A stretch of DNA of 64,000 nucleotides. It comes from an uncultured Methanoregulaceae archaeon (GTDB taxonomy: Archaea; Halobacteriota; Methanomicrobia; Methanomicrobiales; Methanospirillaceae). The translations under genes were made by a program, and so were the position numbers. A model generated the notes under the pieces. It was given only the letters and a program-made list of their open reading frames with translations. It made no database searches and was not told the DNA's origin. Below are positions 9,576 through 19,350 of this stretch, in pieces. Every line of letters starts with the position of its first letter. Position 1 is the stretch's first letter. The stretch spans positions 2,368,001 to 2,432,000 of the forward strand of contig OY969564.1 in the NCBI GenBank assembly GCA_963701095.1. Direction: 5' to 3'.

Positions 9576-10073
9576 ATGAAGAGTTCATATCTCATTATCG
9601 GATGCATTCTCCTCCTGGCAGGTGCGGTTATGCCGGCACAGGCATTCTCGGTACAATCCCTTGCCATCAATATCGATGCAAACGGCAATGCACAAGCACA
9701 TTTCACCTATGGGCTCTCGTTCACCGAACAGATCGCAGTATTTGCCAATATTACAAACCCGGCAAGTGAACTCCTGTCAGCTTTTGAAAACAGCCTCAAC
9801 CGGCATGCCACCGTCGTCAACGCAGACAGTTCCTCAGCCGATGTCGTCATTCCAGCCTTTGCCACAATAAGCCAGGCCAACGGGACAGAGACTATGATCA
9901 CACCGGCATTTTCATTGAGCAACGTCCAGAATGAGATCAGACAGAACTGGTGGGCCCCGCTCGTTTCCGTGGACATGTCGCCACAGGTAACAACCATCAC
10001 CTTCCCTGACGGGTACCAGACCATTTATTACAACCAGATCAGCATCCCCGCCGTCTCCCACCGGATTGAATAA
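9576..10073 (+). CDS. Secreted hypothetical protein
   Basis: Signal peptide ending AQA; beta-rich mature region. Confidence 0.75.
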   Translation: MKSSYLIIGCILLLAGAVMPAQAFSVQSLAINIDANGNAQAHFTYGLSFTEQIAVFANITNPASELLSAFENSLNRHATVVNADSSSADVVIPAFATISQANGTETMITPAFSLSNVQNEIRQNWWAPLVSVDMSPQVTTITFPDGYQTIYYNQISIPAVSHRIE

Positions 10074-10134
10074 CTTCGTTTTCCGGCAGGAGACCTTTTT
10101 TCGAATTGCCCGGAGGTTGTGACACGTGGATTCA

Positions 10135-10740
10135 TTAACTGTTTCGTGCACGCTGCGGGAACTCGTTTGGAGTAATAGTGTTCGCGTCCTCCATCCCGGG
10201 GGATATCCAGAATTCATAGGTTGAAAACCGGAAATAAGTATTTTCCGGGTTCGTGCTGGAGAAGGTCCTGAAATTAAGAATGTCAGAATATCGCAGGTAA
10301 TGAGTATCTGTCATGAAGTGTTCCGTACCGGGATCCCAGTCTGAACCAAACACAAGATACAGGATGTATATGCCATCATCAATTGACGCGAAGCTGTATT
10401 TTTCGCCATGCCGGATATAGACAGAGACTGTTGGAGTATCCAGTCCCGGAACAAGCAGTACGGCAACAGCATCGAGAGATGTATCATTATTATGGAGAAT
10501 GAGATCCCCCACACCTTCCTCGGGAATTTCCCCGGCAAGGACAGTCCCGGTAAGAGGTCGTGAACTCACCGGAGTACTTGTTACCTGGGGAACGGTCGGC
10601 GACGGTAGAGTAGTTATCGTAGGTAGCGGCGATATTTCAACCGGTGTCTGGATTCCCGGTGACGTTTTACTTATGCAAAGACTGACGCCCATACCTGTAA
10701 CGAGCAGTATAATTGCAAGAACCACAAACACCCGGTTCAT
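10135..10740 (-). CDS. Membrane-anchored hypothetical protein
   Basis: N-terminal TM, PT linker, beta-sandwich-like domain (DAVAVL...VYIR...DGIY...GSDWD). Confidence 0.7.
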   Translation of the reverse strand: MNRVFVVLAIILLVTGMGVSLCISKTSPGIQTPVEISPLPTITTLPSPTVPQVTSTPVSSRPLTGTVLAGEIPEEGVGDLILHNNDTSLDAVAVLLVPGLDTPTVSVYIRHGEKYSFASIDDGIYILYLVFGSDWDPGTEHFMTDTHYLRYSDILNFRTFSSTNPENTYFRFSTYEFWISPGMEDANTITPNEFPQRARNS

Positions 10741-11046
10741 TTCCTGCTTCCCGAAAGTGAATGCATTGGTGAATTATTTAAATCATTTTGGGCTAGGAAA
10801 AATCATTTTTTGGAAACTGACCTGCCTTTGGCGGTTGCTGAGGTATTTTTACCAGGGTGAAAGATCGATTACCTGCTGAGAACGTATCAGGACCTGCAAC
10901 CATTGCCAACGAAACCGGCTTTGGGTTCTGTTTTGCGTCTTTGTTCATGAAAATGCCCCGTTCCCCTGAGATGCAACAGTACCCGGCCGGTGGATCTATC
11001 CGAGACCTTTGTAGCTGGACGGGAAGAATGCCTCTCCGGTGCAGTC

Positions 11047-11433
11047 ATGAAAGATGAACGTGAAACGAACCGCAGGATAGTCGAGGAGTTCTACAATCTT
11101 TCCTTAAATCTGGGGAGACCGGAAGAGGCCGCGAAAAAGTACCTGGGACCTTACTACCGGCAGCACAATCCCGGGGCGGCAGACGGCGCAGAGGCTTTCA
11201 TTGGATTTGTCCGGGAGTTCCGGCATGCATTTCCCGGTCTCCGGTTTGATTTCCGGAGATTCATTGCCAAGGACGACATGGTCGTAGTCCACAGTCACCT
11301 GGTGAGGGAGCCCGGGGACAGGGGCGTTGCCGTCATGGATATCTTCCGGATCGAGAATAACCGGATAGTCGAGCACTGGGATGTCCTCCAGGAGGTCCCG
11401 GAAAAGGCTGCCAACAGCAACACGATGTTTTAA
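11047..11433 (+). CDS. SnoaL/NTF2-like protein
   Basis: YRQHNP, DMVVVHSH, MDIFRIENNRIVEHWDVLQ motifs. Confidence 0.9.
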   Translation: MKDERETNRRIVEEFYNLSLNLGRPEEAAKKYLGPYYRQHNPGAADGAEAFIGFVREFRHAFPGLRFDFRRFIAKDDMVVVHSHLVREPGDRGVAVMDIFRIENNRIVEHWDVLQEVPEKAANSNTMF

Positions 11434-11524
11434 GGATCGGATGTAAGGTGATGTTGTATCTTCGGCGATGGGGAATTTTTCATCCGGATGAATTTCCCTT
11501 TCAACCGCAGACGCGACGGAACCT
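11403..11524 (+). repeat. Degenerate repeat B, copy 2
   Basis: Homologous to 2008-2132. Confidence 0.85.
11471..11498. terminator. Hairpin between convergent genes
   Basis: GGGAAtttTTCATCCGGATGAAtTTCCC, with a perfect 14-bp palindromic core. Confidence 0.4.
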
Positions 11525-11550
11525 TTATGCTAAATCGTATTGGTTTTTTT

Positions 11551-12450
11551 TTAACGGTGTTTCCCGCTGGGAATGTAGATTTCAAACCGTGCCCCTTTCC
11601 CGGGTATGCCTGTCTCTTTTATGGTGATCTGGGTGGCAGCAAGGACTTCCTTGATAAAAAAGAGGCCGTAACCGCCATGCCTGACATACGTCTCCGGAAA
11701 CAGGGATGCACGTTTTTCTGAGGGAATACCAACGCCGTCATCCTCACAGACAATAATGAGCATCTTATCCAGCTTGTGAGCCGAAAACCGGATCCAGGAG
11801 AGGTTTTCACCGCCGTGTTTCAGTGCATTATCGATTAAGTAATAAAATGCTTTTTCGAGAAGACTATCGGCAAAGATCTCCACATTGTTCAAATCGACGT
11901 CGATGGTGACTTTTCCCGGGTTTACGGCGACCCGGGCCCGCATGATGATATCGGGAACATGCTGCCACTCCGGCGGATTCGTCCCGATATCCTGGTATTC
12001 TTTGATGAATTTGATCTGCCGGTCGATCCGGGCAATCGCCGCCTTTACCTTATCCATGTCGATGCTCCGGCCATCGCGTTCAAGGTCGCCGGAGAGTTCC
12101 GTCACCTGGTTAAGAATGTCCTGGTTCGTAATGCCGTTGAGAAATGCAAGTTTCGTCGTGGCTTGGTTGAGATGCGTTTCCATGATTTCCAGATCATGTT
12201 TCTCCTTTTCCAGTTCCCGCCACAACTGGACTATCAGTGCAACAAAGGCAAAGACAAGAAATATACTGACGATGAAGAGTTCGTTGAGGTGCAGATTCGG
12301 GAAGTGCTGGAGAAAAGTAAAAATCATTTCTGCCAGGTCCAGTGCGCTTGAAATGACAAACAGCATCACCGCGAAGATAAGGATCACAAGAACATAGAAA
12401 ATTATCAGAAAATAGGGCATCCCCTGTTTCTTTGCCGAATCCCCGTTCAT
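11551..12450 (-). CDS. Membrane sensor histidine kinase-like protein lacking the H-box His
   Basis: Two TMs; H-box-like GITNQDILNQV; HATPase N box (NALKHG), G1 (EDDGVGIP), G2 (GYGLF). Confidence 0.85.
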   Translation of the reverse strand: MNGDSAKKQGMPYFLIIFYVLVILIFAVMLFVISSALDLAEMIFTFLQHFPNLHLNELFIVSIFLVFAFVALIVQLWRELEKEKHDLEIMETHLNQATTKLAFLNGITNQDILNQVTELSGDLERDGRSIDMDKVKAAIARIDRQIKFIKEYQDIGTNPPEWQHVPDIIMRARVAVNPGKVTIDVDLNNVEIFADSLLEKAFYYLIDNALKHGGENLSWIRFSAHKLDKMLIIVCEDDGVGIPSEKRASLFPETYVRHGGYGLFFIKEVLAATQITIKETGIPGKGARFEIYIPSGKHR

Positions 12451-12701
12451 ATTTTCCCTCACTCACCAGTTTATATGTTCTGATGGAAATGAAGATTGCG
12501 GCTGAACAGATCCGGGATTTCACGGAATATCAGGGATGGCATACTTTTTCCCAAGATCCCGGCAATCCATGTCATAGAACCAGGGCATTCTTGAAATTCG
12601 GCAAAATCGGGATTAAAACGGAGGAATTAAGAAACAGAGGTGTATTAACGGGTTTGTGAATCCGGTATTATCACCGCAACCTCTGAAATACCCGACAGAT
12701 A

Positions 12702-13268
12702 TCACGTCCTTTTTATCAATCCTTTACCGGTGTTCCAGGCCTCGCCTACGGTGCTTCCCAGATGGTGGTAGGTATTGTCCGGCATGGTCAGGATCAGGGG
12801 ATCGATCGCTTCGAAGTCGGGCCGGTTATCCTTTATGATATGGGCATCCGCATATGCCCCGCATATCTCACCAACAAAGAGGAAATTAGTCGGAAGCTCC
12901 AGGGTGTGCACAAGGCGGCATTCAAGGGTAACCGGGCAAGCCCGGATCATCGGCGCATTATCAAGTATGCCGTGGAAAACTTCGAAGACTTCTGTCTTAT
13001 CGACCCGTTCGCCGGAAACAAGACCGCAGTAATCAGTCTTCTCGACCAGGGAGGCTGACGGAAGATTGACGGAAAACGTGCCGTTCTCTACGATACCCTC
13101 GGGAGTATAATTCATCCTGTTTATCCCGCATACTATCATGGGCGGGTCTGAGTTGGCCCGGGTGCACCATGCGACGGTCATAAAATTCACCTTTCCCTTA
13201 ACCTGTGTCCCGACAAGTACAACCGGCATCGGGACAGAGAAATCGAATCCAATCTCGATCTTATCCAT
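12702..13268 (-). CDS. Flavin reductase family protein (flavoredoxin-like)
   Basis: PMPVVLVG, NFMTVAW, FSVNLP, DYCGLVSG, APMIRACPVTLEC motifs. Confidence 0.9.
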   Translation of the reverse strand: MDKIEIGFDFSVPMPVVLVGTQVKGKVNFMTVAWCTRANSDPPMIVCGINRMNYTPEGIVENGTFSVNLPSASLVEKTDYCGLVSGERVDKTEVFEVFHGILDNAPMIRACPVTLECRLVHTLELPTNFLFVGEICGAYADAHIIKDNRPDFEAIDPLILTMPDNTYHHLGSTVGEAWNTGKGLIKRT

Positions 13269-13550
13269 TTCGAATCCCCTTTTCTATTGCGTCTGGGTAG
13301 TGTAGTGCTATTAATGTTCGTTTTGGTGCTACATTCATGGTGTGATCCGGATACTTTCGAGGATCCGGCAACTATTAAAAAACCTGACGGAAAACAGATC
13401 GTTTCCATCAGTTTTTATCGGGTTATTGCCGGCTGCTGTTTAGACAAAATCGTAAAACTGATAGATTGAGAAAAGAGGCTGGATTAATGTTTTTCAGACC
13501 GGACTGTTTCACCATATATGCTGGTCGATAAGTTCCGGTACTGCATTATT

Positions 13551-13741
13551 TCAGTCATCGAATCGTCTGAACACGCCCTTCTTGAGCTTTGAGACCCCGC
13601 ATCCCGGGCAACACCAGGCATGGGGGAGCTCCTCAAAAGGTACCCGGGAGGGATGCCTCCTTTCGGGTCTCCCCCGGCAGGATCATAGATATAATGACAT
13701 TCAAGGCACATCCACCGGTAAAGTCTGGCGTTCTGTGGCAT
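13551..13741 (-). CDS. Rubredoxin; frameshift near 13645
   Basis: [20 protein letters not shown][V]PFEELPHAWCCPGCG...KKGVFRRFDD* after restoring one G. Confidence 0.85.
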
Positions 13742-13838
13742 AACCAACGGCTCCCTGTTTTAGGTGTACGGTGCCATGAATAAAGTCATTTTGTCCTCAT
13801 GAGGGGACCAAAAGAAAAATAATATGGTCAAAGATTTT

Positions 13839-14405
13839 TCATTTAAAAATTTTCACAAACAGGGTCTTTTCCGAAACCGATGACGTGTATTTCGCGCCGC
13901 AGGAATTAAAGATGTTCTCGATCATTATCAAAAGGTACCTTGACCCATTGAGACCAAAATTATGGTATATCCAGAGCGTATAATGATCGCCTTCATCTGA
14001 ATACGTATACCTGTTAAACCAGTTGCCGGTTTTGGAAAGGAAAACGAGTCCGTCAAGGATTTCCCGGAGACTCAGTTCCTTGAACGGTTTTTGGTATAAT
14101 AATTCGAGGCCAAAGGCCATATACATTTTATTTGCGTTAAACCAAGCCTCATTCTCTTTCAAATCTGCAGTTTTAATGAGCACGGAAAATAGTTCTTTAT
14201 CGATCATACAGCCCACTTTTTCCTTCCAGACCCGCAAAATAAATACTTCTTCCGGGGATAAGGTTGGCTCAGGGGATGCTTTCCTGTCAAATGTTTCCAG
14301 AGCAAGTTCGAGCACCTTCTGCTGCGTTCCGTGCTCTTTTGCATGTTTTTTCAGGATTGCGGCGTGTTTTGGAGATATGGTTGTCGAAATACGGGTATTA
14401 TACAT
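13839..14405 (-). CDS. Hypothetical protein with ribbon-helix-helix-like N-terminus (putative regulator)
   Basis: RISTTISPKHAAILKKHAKEHGTQQKVLELALE strand-helix-helix pattern; C-terminal alpha/beta domain. Confidence 0.6.
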   Translation of the reverse strand: MYNTRISTTISPKHAAILKKHAKEHGTQQKVLELALETFDRKASPEPTLSPEEVFILRVWKEKVGCMIDKELFSVLIKTADLKENEAWFNANKMYMAFGLELLYQKPFKELSLREILDGLVFLSKTGNWFNRYTYSDEGDHYTLWIYHNFGLNGSRYLLIMIENIFNSCGAKYTSSVSEKTLFVKIFK

Positions 14406-14602
14406 GGATCAACCCCCTGTGGTATCCTTATCGAAAGTATGTGTACGCATGCGTTTATAAGCGTATTTCATCCGGATTACTATTTTATAAATGCGCATAA
14501 TTATCGTACAATTGCGAGTTTGATCTTTTCCGGGTAACGCCGGAATTTTCTAAATTGCTTGACCTGAAGAGAACGCATTCTGCTCCAGAAAAGGGGGGGA
14601 TC

Positions 14603-14779
14603 ATGATAAGGAAATTTAAAACCGGTATGCAGGGTCCGGTAATGGTCTACCGGCTTTCAACACCTGTCGATACGATCATCGAGAGCATCGAAACAGAAAG
14701 AAAGAACTTAAAAGCGTACCAGGTTGCAACTATCCGGAAATTACGGAGTTACCTGCACGCATCCCCTACGTTAACGTAA
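14603..14779 (+). CDS. Small hypothetical protein
   Basis: 58 aa ORF with G-rich RBS, divergent from 14405. Confidence 0.4.
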   Translation: MIRKFKTGMQGPVMVYRLSTPVDTIIESIETERKNLKAYQVATIRKLRSYLHASPTLT

Positions 14780-15118
14780 TTATGAGGGGTGGATAAAATA
14801 GAGGGTGCCGGTGAGTTGTCGGGGTGTTTAAAAAAATCAAGAGTACGTAGAACGACGATATCCTTTTCTCAAGTCCCGTTAACGTGACAGTACCGTTTTT
14901 CAATCCAGGAGACCAATGTCTATAATGCTTGAAAGAGATCCTATAAGAATAAACCCGATAATTTTTTCCCGGTTAAGGAAGGCCAGGACTTTACTCCCGG
15001 CCGTTTCCTCTGAAAAATAGTTCATACACCGGCGATCCATCTTAGCCTGGTGGTTTTTTCGTCAAGAATCTCCTGGGAGTTGACGCCGGTCTCAAACTCC
15101 ATGGGGAAGTAGTATGAA

Positions 15119-15784
15119 TTAGGTTGAAGATCCCTGCCCCTGGGCCGGGATACCTGAGTTCGATAAAGTCCTGTTTCCGAAACCCGCGTGGTGAGACCGG
15201 AGCGAGCCTCCCTGGTGACTCAGGGTGCTGTTGCTGCCGTTCCCGTAGTGAGTCCAGGCGCCATGCTGCCCTGAGTGTGTGCCCGGGTGTGCTGTATGAT
15301 ACGCCGCCATCCACTGCATCGCTGCACTGACATTGCCTGCCGTAAGGTCAGCCTGTGGCTGGCTTACATCCACGCCCTTGCTGCCGAGTTTCGTTAGGAA
15401 CAACTGGATCCGGGCAGACTGCTGGGTGCTGTTAAACGCATGCTGGGTGTTGAACGCACGCTGTTTGAAACCACCTATTACCGTACTCGGGTTTGCCTGG
15501 TGATATGCCATGAGCCACTGGAACGCTGCTGTTACATTGCCCGCGGTAATGTCGGCCTGTGCCTGGCTTACGTCCACTCCCTGCTGGGTGAGGTTCGTAA
15601 GAACGGTTTGTAGTCGTCCTGTCATCTGGGTGCTGTTAAACACATGGTGATAGGCTGAGGTGCCTTGTGAGCCTCCCGGTGGGGAGAATGCAGCCGCGCT
15701 GACCGGGATCATGATGAGCCCAATCGCCGATAATACTATCGCGATAAGAGCGACTGACTTGTAATTTATGGTAGGTAATTTCAT
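15119..15784 (-). CDS. Secreted protein with two ~60-aa internal repeats and a His/Gly-rich tail
   Basis: Signal peptide; FNSTQ..R.Q..LT.L...GVDVSQ.QAD.TAGNV.AA.QW..AYH.A.P occurs twice. Confidence 0.8.
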   Translation of the reverse strand: MKLPTINYKSVALIAIVLSAIGLIMIPVSAAAFSPPGGSQGTSAYHHVFNSTQMTGRLQTVLTNLTQQGVDVSQAQADITAGNVTAAFQWLMAYHQANPSTVIGGFKQRAFNTQHAFNSTQQSARIQLFLTKLGSKGVDVSQPQADLTAGNVSAAMQWMAAYHTAHPGTHSGQHGAWTHYGNGSNSTLSHQGGSLRSHHAGFGNRTLSNSGIPAQGQGSST

Positions 15785-16038
15785 GCTGTATCATCCCTGT
15801 TGAGAGACATCGTACGTGGGTCTGGGAAATCCCACATATTGTAATGTATATTTTACATTTTGTCATATATACTTTATGTTTAAGGAAGGACTCGTCCCAC
15901 CGGTAAATGCAAATACGTCGCAGGATTTTCCAGGTTCCCATAATCTGGCATGGGATGGTATCTGCGGGAAAAACAACCGGATTGGGTAATGAATCTGTTT
16001 AAAACCGGATTCTCCCATTTCTTATTTTACGACTTTCT

Positions 16039-16542
16039 TTAATCGTAATGCCGGTAGTTGATATTGGCAATTCTTACTTCATAGGTTCCGGTTTCCCCGA
16101 ACATGCATCCGTCAATGACATGAATATCAAAGGTGCTTGTGCCCATCGGGTCGATAGCAACGGAATCATATCCGGAATTCCGCTCATTGCCATAATCATC
16201 GTACCCGATGCCTACGATCTCGACGTAGAGCTCATGATTGACATTACTCCTGACTGTACCCGTAATACGTAACAAGCCGTTAATTTGACAGGTTACCATT
16301 TTTGTGGTAATTTCCGCTGCCGGCATTTCTGATGCGCCTGGTAACCCGGTATATCCATTTTCCGGGGAAAAAACGTTTGAGGCACTTCCTGTGTTTGTAC
16401 CATTTTGCCCAATGAAGCCGGCTGCGATAAAAATGATCAAAAATGCCGTAAGCAGGATAATCCCTATAATTGCAAGTATAACTTGGTGATGCAGGGTATT
16501 TTTTATTGGTTTTTCCGGTATTGAACCGGGAGGAGGTGTCAT
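16039..16542 (-). CDS. Membrane-anchored Ig-like (FxLYD-like) protein
   Basis: One TM; ITGTVRS...VEIVGIGYDDYGN...TFDI pattern. Confidence 0.6.
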   Translation of the reverse strand: MTPPPGSIPEKPIKNTLHHQVILAIIGIILLTAFLIIFIAAGFIGQNGTNTGSASNVFSPENGYTGLPGASEMPAAEITTKMVTCQINGLLRITGTVRSNVNHELYVEIVGIGYDDYGNERNSGYDSVAIDPMGTSTFDIHVIDGCMFGETGTYEVRIANINYRHYD

Positions 16543-16961
16543 GCGCCCTCTTTACGAGCATTGACAAAATTATGCGGATATCCTGCCTCCTGCTGCTCCT
16601 TTCCGGTTGACCGGGCTGTCTCCGGTGTGGATCTTTTCGCTGATAAAGAAACGACAGGAATGAATAATGACATCAAACTTACAGCTGCACTATCGATACC
16701 AAGGGTACATTTTTCTTTTTCTGTTTTGTACTGCGGCAGAAAGAACAATGTATAGCCAATTTTACATTTTGTTATTTAAACTTTATCAATTATTCCACAT
16801 TTTCGCACTACTTAAAAAATCAGGGATGTTTTCAAAATGTGTTTCATGCACTGATTTTCAGAAGAGATCTTTAATGTTTCTTTTATGTACCAGAAGACGT
16901 GTACCATCCTTGTTCTGATACATGGAGAGGATGATATGAGTAAAAAAGGAGTTGAAATTGT

Positions 16962-17312
16962 ATGCAAGATTGCAAAAAGCCAGAAACTCTCAAAAAACCC
17001 GGTACCGCCTCATCGGATCCGTCAGAAAAAATGGTTGATAAATTAATACAGGATTTGAAACAGGGCGAAAATGAAATTGTACGTTCATCTGCCGCTGGGG
17101 CACTTGGGCAACTCAAAGCGAAAAAAGCCATAGACCCCCTCATCAAAGCCCTCAAAGATACCCACGTATATGTCCGGCATGGAGCTGCCTGGGCTCTTGG
17201 CGAAATCAAATCAGAAAAAGCGGTTACGGCACTCAAACAGGCATTAAACGACGCTGATGAAATAACCCGTGCAAAAGCAGCCGAGGCTCTTGCGAAAATC
17301 AAGGGAAACTGA
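16962..17312 (+). CDS. HEAT/PBS-lyase repeat protein
   Basis: Three VRxxAAxALG repeats. Confidence 0.9.
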   Translation: MQDCKKPETLKKPGTASSDPSEKMVDKLIQDLKQGENEIVRSSAAGALGQLKAKKAIDPLIKALKDTHVYVRHGAAWALGEIKSEKAVTALKQALNDADEITRAKAAEALAKIKGN

Positions 17313-17454
17313 AATACTAAGAACCTCCGGGAATCGTTGATATCTGGCTATAGTACTGGAGGGATTGTATGATGGTACTGAACAAAGCGTATCAAAATCG
17401 AGAAGAAAATAAAAGAGGTTCGGTTGGATTAATGAAAAGAGGAAGAGATTCGGT

Positions 17455-17772
17455 CTAATCCAGCTGTTCCCACCTGATATCTCCGATGAGATCCAGGTTG
17501 GTATTTAAGACCACTTTTGCCTGCCATGCAACAGCACCCATTTTGGCCGCCCGTGATTTTACCTGCCGCTGCTCTTCAGCGGATAAATCTGCAGGAACAT
17601 CCGTAACAGCCGATTTTACCTTGATGAGCATTTTGCCTTTTTTGTCATGCGCCTCGATGTCCGCCAGACCTGATGTATGGGTATCCCCTGTATCAATAGT
17701 ATAGCCTCTTCCTTTCAAATGCTCGACGACATATCCCTCGCCGGCATTTCCTATTTCATGTAGTGTTGGCAT
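17455..17772 (-). CDS. PD-(D/E)XK fold protein (Hjc/YraN-like), atypical active site
   Basis: GNAGE..V..HL..RGY, ADIEA, IKVKS; GGAGG RBS. Confidence 0.65.
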   Translation of the reverse strand: MPTLHEIGNAGEGYVVEHLKGRGYTIDTGDTHTSGLADIEAHDKKGKMLIKVKSAVTDVPADLSAEEQRQVKSRAAKMGAVAWQAKVVLNTNLDLIGDIRWEQLD

Positions 17773-17902
17773 ATATCCTCCCGATCCTTGAGATTTACTT
17801 AAACGGCAACCATCTATAAATGATTTACCACAATAATGCCATATCAAAAACGCTTCTCCCATCCATTTTTCGCCGTGATTTTGTTTATTAATGGTCCGGT
17901 GA

Positions 17903-19039
17903 TCAAACCCTTTTGAGCTCGGCCACTTTCAGGATATCAGACCGGGTTACAATGCCAATGATCTTTCCCTCCTGAACTATCGGAATCCTCCCGATGTTAC
18001 GGGCTGACATGATTTTCAGGGCGTCCATGACTGGTGCAGAATGGGGAAGGGTAATCGGGTTGCGGGTCATGATGTCGCGGACCAGCTTTACTTCGCGATC
18101 TGTTTGTGGAATGCGGTTCACATCTTTGAGGGTAATCATACCGACCAGTGTATCATGTTCGACGACCGGGAAGCCAAGGTGTTTGGTTGAGAGCATCATC
18201 TCCATCACCTTTGCAACCGAAAGCGTTGGTGTCACAAAGGTCACCGGAGAACTCATCGTGGCGCCGATAGTGATATCATGCAACAGGTATGTGAACGTGT
18301 CCATGGTTGCTTCCGAGCTTGCCCCGAGATAGACAAAAAGGGCGATAAGGATCAGGAACGGGTTGAAGAACAAAAGGCCGACGATACCAAAAATAATGGC
18401 AAATCCCTTACCCACGTCGGCGGCGATACGGGTCGCCTTGTGGACGGGCATCCGTTGTGCAAGCGCTGCCCTGAGCACTCTTCCGCCGTCCATGGGAAAT
18501 GCAGGAATCAGGTTAAATGCAAAGAGGATGACGTTGAGCAGGGCGAGGTACCCGAAGATAAAAATAAGGACACCTGCGATCGGGGAATCCTTGATCATTA
18601 CCGGTACAAGGTAGACCAGACCGGCGCAGACAAGACCGAAGAGGAGGCTTGTGAGCGGACCGACAAATGCCATCGGGAGCTCGATTTTCGGATCCGGTAC
18701 GTCTTCTTCTTCCATCTGGGAGACGCCACCAAAAATAAGCAGGGTGATATTCCGGATCTTTACCCCTTTTTTCCTGGCTACTATACAATGGGCGATTTCG
18801 TGGACAAGGACACCTAAAAAGAGCCCGAGTGCGACAATAGTGCCAAGGATCCAGGGCATAAAACCCGCAGTTATCAGGGATGAGTCTATGGGAACCTGGA
18901 AAAGATCCTGGAGAGTGGTTGTTGTAAGGGAAATCTGGCTGCCGATGATCCAGGCTAAAAGAGGGATCACGATCAGAAACGAGAAATGGATGAGAATAGG
19001 AATGCCAAACAATCGTCCTATTTGGTATGACCCTTTCAT
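17903..19039 (-). CDS. Site-2 protease (M50) with CBS pair
   Basis: HEIAH and FNLIPAFPMDGGR motifs; two CBS domains. Confidence 0.95.
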   Translation of the reverse strand: MKGSYQIGRLFGIPILIHFSFLIVIPLLAWIIGSQISLTTTTLQDLFQVPIDSSLITAGFMPWILGTIVALGLFLGVLVHEIAHCIVARKKGVKIRNITLLIFGGVSQMEEEDVPDPKIELPMAFVGPLTSLLFGLVCAGLVYLVPVMIKDSPIAGVLIFIFGYLALLNVILFAFNLIPAFPMDGGRVLRAALAQRMPVHKATRIAADVGKGFAIIFGIVGLLFFNPFLILIALFVYLGASSEATMDTFTYLLHDITIGATMSSPVTFVTPTLSVAKVMEMMLSTKHLGFPVVEHDTLVGMITLKDVNRIPQTDREVKLVRDIMTRNPITLPHSAPVMDALKIMSARNIGRIPIVQEGKIIGIVTRSDILKVAELKRV

Positions 19040-19350
19040 GTAGTATGGATAATCACTTACGCAGGTAATACTTTCGGAACTGCAGTCTTTTTGAGGGATA
19101 CGCCGCAACTTCCCGGTCTACCCTAAATGCCTTTCCCGGTCAAAACCAAAAATGTCAGAAACGGCGGCTTTTTGACCGATAAAAACTGGATTTTTTGCTA
19201 AAAAGGATATAGTATATGGGAAATTATTCCCCGAAGAGACCTGGGCCGCCATCCTTCCCTTGGTATATCGTGAAGAGGTTGTTTTTGAGAAACTACAGCA
19301 TCTGACCATAGATATGGTTATTACCCCTTCCCACTAAGCCCTCATTAACA

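Noticed and set aside
11464..11530. GGCGATGG start resembling a fluoride riboswitch
   Set aside because: Lies between convergent 3' ends, lacks the expected pairing and downstream conserved motif; better explained as a hairpin inside repeat B
16539..16918. Small ORFs in the AT-rich gap before the HEAT gene
   Set aside because: No recognisable features; more likely divergent promoter DNA or a gene remnant
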